Positions 51,136 through 60,111 of a stretch of DNA of 64,000 bases are shown here, piece after piece. Source of the DNA: Candidatus Woesearchaeota archaeon (GTDB lineage: Archaea > Nanobdellota > Nanobdellia > Woesearchaeales > GW2011-AR9); NCBI GenBank assembly GCA_016214025.1, contig JACRPH010000003.1, forward strand, positions 1,814 through 65,813. The letters are read 5' to 3'. The first letter of the stretch is position 1, and each line of letters starts with the position of its first letter. The notes beneath the pieces were generated by a model that worked only from the letters and a program-made list of their open reading frames with translations, did no database searches and was not told the DNA's origin. A program made the position numbers and the translations under genes.

Positions 51136-52248
51136 TCACAACTTCTCCATCAGCCACACTTTGTGGAAGCTCTCCCCGCGCTGAATCTCTTCTTCAGAAA
51201 TTAACTTGAATTTTGAAGAAATCGACAGCTCAAACCCTTTTCTTCCGATAATCAGCAGCATCCCGCCGGATTTCAGCAGAAACGATGTCTGGTAATATAT
51301 CTCATTTAGATTAGCTTCGTCTTTAGTAGTTATGTGCATAATTATCCGGTCAAACTCCCCTTCTGAAAATTTCAGTTCTAATTCGTCCAAAGCATACTTA
51401 TGGAATTCCACATAATTTTTAGTCTTGGCCAGGGCTGAATTTTTGTGAGCAGCAATAACGCTCTGCATGCCCAAGTCAAACGCTTCAATCACCGTAGCTG
51501 TTTTGGGCACAGTAAAAGTTTCTTCAGCGAACTTAGCAAAATCGAATTCTTTGAACAAGGGAAACTTATGGAAAGAAAATTCTTTGCTGTCTGCGGTAAC
51601 TCTTAGTTCGTTAGCGTACACTGCTGCTTCAATCGCTACCGTCCCATCTTTGGCGAACCCGGACAATAATTTTTCTCCGGCCCTAAATCCGCTCTTCCGC
51701 ACCAAATAATACCCCAAATCTCCTTTAAATGCAGCGTGATTAACAAATAAGCGATAGGCGCGGGCATTTAACTCTCTTCCGCAAACATCCAATCCCATAA
51801 AATACTCTTCGCCGCTGCGATGGATTAAAACTTCTACCTCGGGGTGCTTCATCTCAATATGAGGAGAAGACTTAAACTCTTTTTCCAGCACCGGAAATAA
51901 TTGAGCAATAACTTTTCTAGAGATTTCCAGGCGATTATCATTACCTTTGACATTTTCCACATTTATTTTAAGCTTAGTATCCGCAGAAAGAAAATCTTTC
52001 CAATTTATTTTTAAGGTGCTAAAATCAATTTTATCAACTGAGGCAAACTTTCCGATGTTGACTGCAATTCTCTTCACCGATTGCAGCCGATGCACTAACA
52101 ATAATAGCTCTTCTTTGGATTTAACTTTGGATTTGACTTTAAATTCAACTAACGCTTCATGTGTCGTAGCCTTGGCTTTAACTAATTCTTTTACTTCTTG
52201 AGCAGCAAGTTGCTCCATTCCAGAATTAACCGTTGCGAATAGTTCCAT
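51136..52248 (-). CDS. THUMP-domain protein with a methyltransferase-like C-terminal domain (catalytic motifs degenerate)
   Basis: THUMP: '[17 protein letters not shown]'. '[19 protein letters not shown]' stands where DPMCGSGT is expected, and '[11 protein letters not shown]' where NPPY is expected. Confidence 0.55.
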   Translation of the reverse strand: MELFATVNSGMEQLAAQEVKELVKAKATTHEALVEFKVKSKVKSKEELLLLVHRLQSVKRIAVNIGKFASVDKIDFSTLKINWKDFLSADTKLKINVENVKGNDNRLEISRKVIAQLFPVLEKEFKSSPHIEMKHPEVEVLIHRSGEEYFMGLDVCGRELNARAYRLFVNHAAFKGDLGYYLVRKSGFRAGEKLLSGFAKDGTVAIEAAVYANELRVTADSKEFSFHKFPLFKEFDFAKFAEETFTVPKTATVIEAFDLGMQSVIAAHKNSALAKTKNYVEFHKYALDELELKFSEGEFDRIIMHITTKDEANLNEIYYQTSFLLKSGGMLLIIGRKGFELSISSKFKLISEEEIQRGESFHKVWLMEKL

Positions 52249-54730
52249 TATTATTCCCAGTGTTATTTTCGGTTACATTCTCCCCGCCGTTTCCGTTCTC
52301 TTCTCCAATCATCTGTGCTGCCGCTACTAATTGGTCGCTTTCGCTTAGTTTGATAACTCGAACGCCCTGAGTAGCTCTTCCTACTACCGAAATGTCGGTG
52401 CACTTCATCCTGATGGCAATACCATTCTTAGACATCACCATCAAATCCTCGGAGCCGTCTACCAGCATTACTACTTTTACTACCCCGTTCTTATCAGTTA
52501 TTTTGATGTTAGTAACTCCTTTTCCTCCGCGGGCACATAATCTATACTCAGATACGGGGGTTCTTTTACCATAGCCCTTCTCGGTAAGCGTCAAGATTTC
52601 TTTACCTTCATCTGCTGCCAGCATACCGATAACTTCATCTCCTTTTCTTAAACGTATTCCTCTTACCCCACCAGCCGTCCTTCCCATGCTTCTTACATCG
52701 CCTTCATTAAAGCGGTTGGCTAATCCTCTTTTAGTAGCTAGAATTATCTCATTATTCCCAGTAGTGTATTTAACTCCCACTAAAGTATCCGTTTCATCCA
52801 AATTAATCGCTCTGATGCCGCCTTTGCGCGGATTACTGAACTCTTTTAATTCGGTCTTCTTTACCGTGCCTTGTTTAGTGGCCATGAATAAATAACCTTC
52901 TGTAAAGCTTCTTACCGGGACGATAGCGGTTATCTTTTCTCCCTGCTCCATTTCCAACACATTAGCGATGTGCTTGCCTTTGGCCTGCCGGCTTCCTTCC
53001 GGAATGTTATACACTTTCAGCCAATATAATTGGCCTTTATCCGTAAATATCAATAAGTAATCATGGGTGGAAGCTACGTATACTTTTTCTACAAAGTCTT
53101 CTTCTTTCATCTCCGTTGCTTTCATGCCTTTTCCGCCGCGTTTCTGGGTGCGGTAAGTATCCAAAGGCAGGCGTTTGACATAACCTGAATTGGTCATGGT
53201 TACGATAACCCGCTCTTCTTCGATTAACGTTTCCCAATCGATATATTCATCATCATTTCCCGGCACAATTTTAGACCGACGGGCATCACCATAATCAGCT
53301 TTGATTTCATTTAACTCTTCTTTAATTAGTTCAAGAACTTTTTGGGTTGAGGCTAAGATACTTTGGTAATAAGTTATTTTCTCTAATAATGAGCTATGCT
53401 CTTCTTTTATTTTCTCCTGCTCTAATGAAGCTAATTTCTGCAATCGCAGCTCTAATATGGCTTTGGCTTGAATCTCAGTTAAAGATAAAGTGTTTATCAA
53501 GAAGTTCTGGGCATCTTCTACGGTACGGGAATTTCTGATGCCCGGGATTACTTCATCTAAATGTGCCAATGCGATCAACAATCCATCTAAAACATGCACT
53601 TTTTTCTGGGCTTCGTTTAGCTCATATTGGGTTCTGCGGGTAATAACTTCCTGACGATGGGCAATATGATGCTGTATAAATTCTTTCAACCCCATCACTT
53701 TAGGCTCATTATTAACTAATGCCAGCAAAGCAATACTGAATGATACTCTTAGATTGCTGTACTCATACAATTGATTGAGAATGAAATTAGGATCGACATC
53801 TTTCTTAAGGTCAATAACTACCCTTATTCCCTCGCGGTCGGATTCATCATTAATATTACGAATTCCTACCATGCGCTTATCTTTTACTAATTCAGCTATC
53901 TGTTCTATCATCTCTGCTTTGTTGATCATGTATGGAATCTCAGTAATGATTATCTGATCATCTTTAATCTCCGCGATGGCTTTAATAGTAACTTTTCCTT
54001 TGCCTTTAGCATAAGCATAATGCAAAGAAGGCCCGCAGATAACTTCTGCCCCGGTAGGGAAATCCGGCCCGGGAATTATTTGCATCAGTTCTTCTACGTT
54101 GATTTCCGGATTGTCGATAGTGGCGATGGTGGCATTACACACTTCAGTTAGGTTATGAGGAGGAATACTGGTAGCCATCCCTACTGCAATCCCAGTTGAG
54201 CCGTTAATAAGAAGATTAGGCAGTTTACTGGGCAGCACTACTGGCTCTTTCAGGCTGCCGTCAAAGTTGTCTCTAAAGTCTACGGTTTCTTTGTCTAAGT
54301 CTTTGAGGAGTTCTTCGGCTAGTTTGTTTAGTTTGGCTTCTACGTAACGCATCGCCGCCGGGCTGTCCCCGTCAACGCTGCCCACATTGCCTTGACCTTT
54401 GATTAAAGGATATCTAAGCGAAAAGTCTTGCGCCATCCTCACTAAAGCATCATAGACCGCCATATCACCGTGCGGATGATATTTTCCAAGCGTATCTCCC
54501 ACGATTCTGGCGCATTTCTTAAACGGCTTGTTGTGAGTGACTCCCATCTCATGCATCGCATACAAAATTCTTCTATGCACCGGCTTCAACCCGTCCCTGA
54601 CATCGGGAAGGGCTCTCCCTACGATAACTGACATGGCATAATTTACATACGCCGTCTTCATCTCTTCTTCGATAAGACGAGGAAGAATTTTGTCAGATGC
54701 AGCTGGTTTTGGGGTAGTTTCTTCAGGCAT
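52226..54730 (-). CDS. gyrA: DNA gyrase subunit A
   Basis: '[29 protein letters not shown]', active-site context '[10 protein letters not shown]', and C-terminal beta-pinwheel repeats. Confidence 0.95.
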   Translation of the reverse strand: MPEETTPKPAASDKILPRLIEEEMKTAYVNYAMSVIVGRALPDVRDGLKPVHRRILYAMHEMGVTHNKPFKKCARIVGDTLGKYHPHGDMAVYDALVRMAQDFSLRYPLIKGQGNVGSVDGDSPAAMRYVEAKLNKLAEELLKDLDKETVDFRDNFDGSLKEPVVLPSKLPNLLINGSTGIAVGMATSIPPHNLTEVCNATIATIDNPEINVEELMQIIPGPDFPTGAEVICGPSLHYAYAKGKGKVTIKAIAEIKDDQIIITEIPYMINKAEMIEQIAELVKDKRMVGIRNINDESDREGIRVVIDLKKDVDPNFILNQLYEYSNLRVSFSIALLALVNNEPKVMGLKEFIQHHIAHRQEVITRRTQYELNEAQKKVHVLDGLLIALAHLDEVIPGIRNSRTVEDAQNFLINTLSLTEIQAKAILELRLQKLASLEQEKIKEEHSSLLEKITYYQSILASTQKVLELIKEELNEIKADYGDARRSKIVPGNDDEYIDWETLIEEERVIVTMTNSGYVKRLPLDTYRTQKRGGKGMKATEMKEEDFVEKVYVASTHDYLLIFTDKGQLYWLKVYNIPEGSRQAKGKHIANVLEMEQGEKITAIVPVRSFTEGYLFMATKQGTVKKTELKEFSNPRKGGIRAINLDETDTLVGVKYTTGNNEIILATKRGLANRFNEGDVRSMGRTAGGVRGIRLRKGDEVIGMLAADEGKEILTLTEKGYGKRTPVSEYRLCARGGKGVTNIKITDKNGVVKVVMLVDGSEDLMVMSKNGIAIRMKCTDISVVGRATQGVRVIKLSESDQLVAAAQMIGEENGNGGENVTENNTGNNNGTIRNG

Positions 54731-55009
54731 TTTTTAGTTAGGAATAATTTGAGTTTATCGTCGTTAATTTGACAAGAATTTGAGACGTTTTAGGTTTATA
54801 AACCTGTCGGTGGGAATTGATAGATTTGAGAGAAAAGAAGCAGAAAACAGATTAGAGCGCCTGAAAGCCAAAGCCGGCTTCTTTTGGAAGAAGAAATAAC
54901 TCACACCAACCCAATCCCGTCATTCTTTATCTCTTCTACCAACATTTCATCCCAAAAATAGTATTTCCCATATTAAATCCTGTACCTTTGTACTGAAAAC
55001 AGTATAAAA

Positions 55010-55645
55010 TTACAACTCTTCCCTTCCTTTCTTCATTTCCTGCATGGCTTTCTGTATCTCGCCTTTGCCTTCTTTCTCCCCTTGGTCTAACTCAATCAGT
55101 CGTTCTACTTCATCCGCTTCTTTGTCCACGGCTTCAGCTTCCTGCAGCACTGCCGGAGGAACTTGTTTGATGAATGCCTGCTTGGCTTCGGCGCTGGGCA
55201 AATCAAAATACTCAAAGAATTTCTTAATCAATTTTAGCTTAAACGTTCGTCCAAACTTCTCTTTTTCAATGAATCCTTGCTCTTCCAAAGCGCGCATATG
55301 CTCATAAGCCCCCGAGCCTCTTAGCTTAATCACTTCTGACTGCACAATAGGATATCTCCATGCAATTACGGCTAAAGTACCCATCATCGCCGTATCCATT
55401 TCAGTGCTGGAAACAATACTGCTTACTAAAGGAACAAACTCATCTTTAACGGTTAATTTCCATCCATTTTCTTTTTTGACAATCTGTAATGAATGTTCCC
55501 TTTGGGCATAATCCTGCTGTAACTGGGTAATAATTCTTTCTACCTCAGATGCTTCTATTGCACATAAGCTGGCGATTCTTTCGGTAGAAATATCTCTGCC
55601 TACGGCAAACAGTACTGCTTCCACCTTCTTTTCATTAATTTCCAT
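55010..55645 (-). CDS. scpB: Segregation and condensation protein B
   Basis: 'VEAVLFAVGRDISTERIASL', 'GWKLTVKDEF' and a second wHTH 'LAVIAWRYPIVQSEVIKLRG'. Confidence 0.75.
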   Translation of the reverse strand: MEINEKKVEAVLFAVGRDISTERIASLCAIEASEVERIITQLQQDYAQREHSLQIVKKENGWKLTVKDEFVPLVSSIVSSTEMDTAMMGTLAVIAWRYPIVQSEVIKLRGSGAYEHMRALEEQGFIEKEKFGRTFKLKLIKKFFEYFDLPSAEAKQAFIKQVPPAVLQEAEAVDKEADEVERLIELDQGEKEGKGEIQKAMQEMKKGREEL

Positions 55646-56228
55646 TCTCTTTTCCGTTTTCTTTGAGTAGGAAATAAACCCCTTCTTTTAAATCTACCTT
55701 CTTCTCATCAATCAGCTTATCCAAAAAATCTTCCACTTTATCTAACGGAACTCCGGTCAGCTTGGCTAATTGTTCTGATGTCATCGCTCCTCTGCTTCCC
55801 AATAATACTTGGATATAATTCCGCAGCAATAAGCTCATATTTTTCAGGATATGCTCATTTTCCAGCTTTAACTGCTTGGCTATCATATCGATATTATGCA
55901 GTTTTCCTTGCATTTCGGTCAGAAAGGTAGATGCTTCCACATCGGTGAAGTTTAATTGCTCCGGTCCGATTATCTCTATAATAGAAGGCATGTACTCAAA
56001 GCAGAACGCCATGATATGGGATAAGCTTTCTGTTTCCAATTCCATTTCTACAAAGGTTGACCATAATTCTACCCCTTCCTGCTGCCTGATTTCAGCATAT
56101 TCCTCGCTCAGCACTTTATACTTAGAATCTTGCTTCAGCTTGGTGATATAATTCTTAAAGGTGCTTTCTACATGCTCTTTAGGTTTTCCCAGCACTTCGA
56201 TGATGCTTCTAAAGGTTATTTTGCTCAT
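55635..56228 (-). CDS. Hypothetical protein with a C-terminal wHTH, co-operonic with scpB
   Basis: 11-nt overlap with scpB. 'MTSEQLAKLTGVPLDKVEDFLDKLIDEKKV' is wHTH-like. It occupies the position where scpA often sits, but no ScpA motifs were recognised. Confidence 0.4.
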   Translation of the reverse strand: MSKITFRSIIEVLGKPKEHVESTFKNYITKLKQDSKYKVLSEEYAEIRQQEGVELWSTFVEMELETESLSHIMAFCFEYMPSIIEIIGPEQLNFTDVEASTFLTEMQGKLHNIDMIAKQLKLENEHILKNMSLLLRNYIQVLLGSRGAMTSEQLAKLTGVPLDKVEDFLDKLIDEKKVDLKEGVYFLLKENGKENGN

Positions 56229-56266
56229 GGAAGCAGTAAATAAGAGGGTATTTTTTAAGCCTTTCT

Positions 56267-56476
56267 CTCAAATGCGAAGTTGTATTTGAGATTGAGAGAC
56301 CATAGGTCGAACTTATCTCAAATGCGAAGTTGTATTTGAGATTGAGAGACCATAGGTCGAACTTATCTCAAATGCGAAGTTGTATTTGAGATTGAGAGAC
56401 CATAGGAGACCATAGGTCGAACTTATCTCAAATGCGAAGTTGTATTTGAGATTGAGAGACCATAGGTCGAGTTTAT
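56267..56476. repeat. Tandem repeat: 4 copies of a 50-bp unit, each with an internal 8-bp hairpin
   Basis: Unit 'ctcaaatgcgaagttgtatttgagattgagagaccataggtcgaacttat'. Copies 1 and 2 are identical. Copy 3 carries a 10-bp internal duplication 'agaccatagg'. Copy 4 ends 'tcgagtttat'. Confidence 0.95.
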
Positions 56477-56502
56477 GGAGTAGAGGAGATAAATGAGGTT
56501 AC

Positions 56503-58710
56503 TCACTTTTTCTTTATCACTAATACTATACATACTAGCCCCAGCACAATCGCCAGAATATATGGAATAAGATTCCTGGCCTTTTCTGTGCTGGATTCAT
56601 ACGCTACAAAACCGGCTCCGATTAAAGTTCTATTGGAAGAAGGCACTTCAAGATTGCTTTTGTTCGTCTTAGCGGTACTTAACGCCGGAAGGTTTGCTTC
56701 CTGTTTCTCGGATTTCTCTTCCGGAACGTTTACATAAACCTCTCCAGTAAGCTCGTGCTCAGTTTTTTGCTCATCTTTAATCCATTTTACTTTAACTTTA
56801 TACTCTCCTTCTTCAATCTTTTCATCCAAATTCAGCCAGAACGACACTTCTTTTTCTTCTTCGGGCTCAAGCTTCACTTCTTTAGCATTATCTTCCCTTT
56901 CTTTTTCGCCGCAGGAATAACACTTACTTCCCCGATAGATGTAACTCCATACTTTAACTTCATGCGGTTTTTCATCCCCAATAAGCTTAACTTTAACCTC
57001 CAGTGGTTCCGAAGGCAGCACCACCGAAGACAAATCTACCAATTCTCCAGAAAGCAGGGCGGAACTTGATTTCTTGGTAGTTTCTTTAGTTGTAAATCCT
57101 TTTTTAGAAGCTGGGTTCTTAGCTTCACTTCCGCATTTTTTTTCATCAATGGAAACGGAAATGGTTTCTTCATCCGTATCTCCCAACCCTTCTACTATCA
57201 CCTTAGCTTTTCCTTCTTTCAGATTGCAATTGTCATCTAGTTTAATTGGCAGTGATAATTTATACTTAGAATATTTGGTGTACAGGTTTACTTTAGTTTT
57301 CTCGCTGATTTCTTTGCCGTCTTTTTCTACCCATGCCGATACCGAATACTTAAGAGTATTTCCTTTGTAAATGTCAACGTCAGCTTTGATTGTATCTCCA
57401 AATTTTGCATCAGTTGGTGTTATTTTAGTAGTAGAAATAGAAGAGTCATTGTTTTTAGTGCCGGAATTACTCTCGCTTTCCACCAGAGCCGCATTAACTA
57501 AATTAGAATTTTCATTGGTAACAATTATCATTCTCTGCGCTAAATTATCTCCTTCATTCTTATCTTTGCACATTGGATAAACTTTGGCTTTAATCCACAA
57601 TACTCTGTCCTGCTCCCCAATATTCGCTTTCCACGATTTTTTATTAGTATTAGTGGTGTTATATTTTGCTTTTACTGTTTGCCCAAATAAATCCTCAATC
57701 CAGTATTCTATAATAAACGGAAACGATTCATTATTCACGGCAGGAGTAAACTGTATTGTCTCTCCTTGAGCAAAGAGCAATTTATCCGACAGTGAGATAC
57801 TAACAGCTATATCACACTCCAAAGTATAAGTATCAATAACTTCGAACTTGGAACATACCGAGCTGGAAGATAAATCGGCCTTAATCAAAGTAGAATTAAT
57901 TACCTTCCCACACAGTTCATACATTCCGGCTTTAATTGGAATAAACTTGCCGGTAGAAGAAGAACCGCTGCAGCCTACTTCTTTGGTAAACGTTCCAGCA
58001 GAGTTAACTTCTCCAGTGACGGTATATTCAACGGTAATATTGTCTTTAACAGAACAATTCCCTTCTTTTCCGCTTAAAGTAATCTTAAACAAATCATCGT
58101 AAAGCGTTCCCGTATAAGTAACATTAGGAATATTACCGGCAAGAATGATTTTGATTCTAGACGAGGTTTCATTTGAAATGGAAGTATTGGTGGTGAAGTT
58201 ACTAAGCGCATTTTCGCTTCCGGGAGTGGGCAGGCACTCTTTCCATAAATCGTCCACTAAACACAAAGTGTATCCTTTTCCTGAAGCTAATGGAAGAGGA
58301 ATGTAAGTTAAAATAAAGGCAACTGTTCCGATTCCATCTACCATCGCCAGTTCTTCTCCACTGTTGCTCAATCCGGAAGTAAAAGTAGAATCAAATAACA
58401 TTGAGTTAAACTGAGGAAAGTCAACTAGAAAAGTAGTGGTATCATCAGCGATTATGACGTAATCCCCAGAATTAAGTATCCAAGTTTCTTTCATTAAAGC
58501 CAAATTATGGTTAGTTCCTCCTTCTTTTAGCTTCCACCCGCTTAAATTAACTGGCTCATTGCCATTATTATATACCTCAATCCATTCATGCTTAGTATCG
58601 GTTCCAGGGGCATCATACATTATTTCATTTATCACCACTTGAGCAAAAACCGCCGTAATTCCTAATATCAACAGCACAAAACATATCCAAACCCCCCTTT
58701 TCCACCCCAT
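56503..58710 (-). CDS. Surface-anchored lamin-tail-domain (LTD) protein
   Basis: Signal 'VWICFVLLILGITAVFA'. LTD 'VVINEIMYDAPGTDTKHEWIEVYNNGNEPVNLSGWKL'. C-terminal TM 'IPYILAIVLGLVCIVLVIKKK'. Confidence 0.75.
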   Translation of the reverse strand: MGWKRGVWICFVLLILGITAVFAQVVINEIMYDAPGTDTKHEWIEVYNNGNEPVNLSGWKLKEGGTNHNLALMKETWILNSGDYVIIADDTTTFLVDFPQFNSMLFDSTFTSGLSNSGEELAMVDGIGTVAFILTYIPLPLASGKGYTLCLVDDLWKECLPTPGSENALSNFTTNTSISNETSSRIKIILAGNIPNVTYTGTLYDDLFKITLSGKEGNCSVKDNITVEYTVTGEVNSAGTFTKEVGCSGSSSTGKFIPIKAGMYELCGKVINSTLIKADLSSSSVCSKFEVIDTYTLECDIAVSISLSDKLLFAQGETIQFTPAVNNESFPFIIEYWIEDLFGQTVKAKYNTTNTNKKSWKANIGEQDRVLWIKAKVYPMCKDKNEGDNLAQRMIIVTNENSNLVNAALVESESNSGTKNNDSSISTTKITPTDAKFGDTIKADVDIYKGNTLKYSVSAWVEKDGKEISEKTKVNLYTKYSKYKLSLPIKLDDNCNLKEGKAKVIVEGLGDTDEETISVSIDEKKCGSEAKNPASKKGFTTKETTKKSSSALLSGELVDLSSVVLPSEPLEVKVKLIGDEKPHEVKVWSYIYRGSKCYSCGEKEREDNAKEVKLEPEEEKEVSFWLNLDEKIEEGEYKVKVKWIKDEQKTEHELTGEVYVNVPEEKSEKQEANLPALSTAKTNKSNLEVPSSNRTLIGAGFVAYESSTEKARNLIPYILAIVLGLVCIVLVIKKK

Positions 58711-58800
58711 TTATGGCTGAAAATCGCTCCAGAATATATAATTTATGTTTTCACTATTTGAGAATACTAAACAAAGTTTTTAAACCCTCTCCGTTTAGTA

Positions 58801-59295
58801 GTGATTACAATGGGACTTGGATGGTTATTTGGAACAAAGAAAGTGCAGCCTAAGATTCCGCTGCCTGGAAGCCGGCCTTTTGATGAAAAGACGTTTCAGT
58901 TCTCTAAAAAATTTGGAAAAGAGACCTTAATTGAGCCGGAACATTTGCAAGCGGCGGCTGGATTTGATAAGTTGTTTAGCTTTCCGGAACCAGCCGGTAG
59001 AGGAGCTCCGCCTGGGCCAATGATGCCTTCGTTTGGCGAACAGGAAGTTGAGCCCACCGCATTACCAGTAGCTAAAAAGCCGATTTATCTGAAAGTTAAC
59101 CTGTATGAGAAAATATTGTGGGAAGTAGACACTTTAAAGTATGACTGCATCAAATTGCAGCAGGTAAATAATCATTTAGAAACTTCGGAGTATAATGAGG
59201 AGCATCATTTGGAGAAGCTTAAGAAAGATCTGAAAGCACTGCATGATAAATTGGGGCGCATAGATAAAGTATTATTCAAATATCCGGGGGAATAA
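58801..59295 (+). CDS. Hypothetical protein with a C-terminal coiled-coil module
   Basis: ATG at 58810 is an alternative start ('MGLGWLFGTKK'). The C-terminal 'PIYLKVNLYEKILWEVDTL...HHLEKLKKDL' is paralogous to the next gene. Confidence 0.45.
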   Translation: MITMGLGWLFGTKKVQPKIPLPGSRPFDEKTFQFSKKFGKETLIEPEHLQAAAGFDKLFSFPEPAGRGAPPGPMMPSFGEQEVEPTALPVAKKPIYLKVNLYEKILWEVDTLKYDCIKLQQVNNHLETSEYNEEHHLEKLKKDLKALHDKLGRIDKVLFKYPGE

Positions 59296-59296
59296 A

Positions 59297-59524
59297 ATGG
59301 AACACATGCCTGTTTTTGTTAAAGTAGAAGATTATCAGGAAGTCCTGAATCTGATTCGTTTGGCCCGAAAGAAGCTGGACGAAGCCAAAGAAACCTTAAA
59401 TAAGGTTAATGAGCTTAAGAACGAAGAAGACCACCAGTTAGAGCAGTGGCATAATAATTTGAACGAAGTGGAAAAGAAGATAGATTTTGTAGAGCATTCA
59501 TTGAACGAGCCCGAGAATTATTAA
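59297..59524 (+). CDS. Small coiled-coil protein (75 aa)
   Basis: 'MPVFVKVEDYQEVLNLIRLARKKLDEAKETL...HQLEQWHNNL'. 1-nt gaps to both neighbours. Confidence 0.45.
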   Translation: MEHMPVFVKVEDYQEVLNLIRLARKKLDEAKETLNKVNELKNEEDHQLEQWHNNLNEVEKKIDFVEHSLNEPENY

Positions 59525-59525
59525 C

Positions 59526-59981
59526 ATGAAACATGCTAAAGCTAAGCCCGTATTGAAAGCCACCAGAACTGTCCCGATGGCGAGAGAGCCGGAGTTTACG
59601 ATACAGATTGGCGATCCGCAGGCGTTGCGCAAAGATTTGCTGGAATCTGTTCGTGAGCTAATTTTATTTATGCAGGGGTTTGATCGATTTAAGAAGTTGC
59701 AGCAGGAAAAACTGGCTGAATTTTCAAGATTGAAAGCAGATGCCAGAGCGTTAACTCTTTTGGTAGACGCTAAAATGAGGCGATGCCTGCCTAAAGGGAC
59801 ATTAAAGAGCAAAGCGGTAAAAGAAGAGAAAGCTAAGCCTGTAAAAGGCCCGGTTGCTTCTCTGCCTGAAAGTGTTGCTCCCAGCCTGCCACCAGAGCCC
59901 GCTCCTAAGTCAGAGCATTCTGAATTGGAAGAATTGGAAGCGCAGCTGCAGGAAATTGAAGCTCAGCTGAAGAAAGTGTAA
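59526..59981 (+). CDS. Coiled-coil protein (151 aa)
   Basis: 'FTIQIGDPQALRKDLLESVRELILFMQGFDRFKKLQQEK' shows the same module pattern. C-terminus 'ELEELEAQLQEIEAQLKKV'. Confidence 0.45.
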   Translation: MKHAKAKPVLKATRTVPMAREPEFTIQIGDPQALRKDLLESVRELILFMQGFDRFKKLQQEKLAEFSRLKADARALTLLVDAKMRRCLPKGTLKSKAVKEEKAKPVKGPVASLPESVAPSLPPEPAPKSEHSELEELEAQLQEIEAQLKKV

Positions 59982-60111
59982 ATTAATATTTTTGTTGGTT
60001 AAATTTTTTTACAAGCCACCTTTTTTTTGGTACATTTTTTTCTCGTCGACAACTTCAAAAAACAAAAACCATTTTATATTACTGCGATTTTCATGTAATT
60101 GGAATTAAATA

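Noticed and set aside
55635-56228. Annotating the gene upstream of scpB as scpA (kleisin)
   Set aside because: The position fits, but none of the ScpA N-terminal motifs were recognisable. Only a C-terminal wHTH is apparent.
56267-56476. The 50-bp repeat array as a CRISPR locus
   Set aside because: The units are directly adjacent and nearly identical along their full length, so there are no unique spacers between repeats. No cas genes are nearby.
51467-58102. Plus-strand ORFs inside the minus-strand THUMP, gyrA, scpB, 197-aa and LTD genes (for example 51467..51709, 51947..52201, 52392..52895, 53347..53957, 55044..55307, 55876..56151, 56755..58102)
   Set aside because: They are antisense to genes with strong family motifs, so they are artefacts of long open antisense frames.
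54731-58770. 'ATTTGAGA' as a shared regulatory motif upstream of gyrA, in the tandem repeat and at 58755-58770
   Set aside because: An AT-rich 8-mer is expected several times by chance in 64 kb of low-GC DNA. Without a statistical test this is not reportable.
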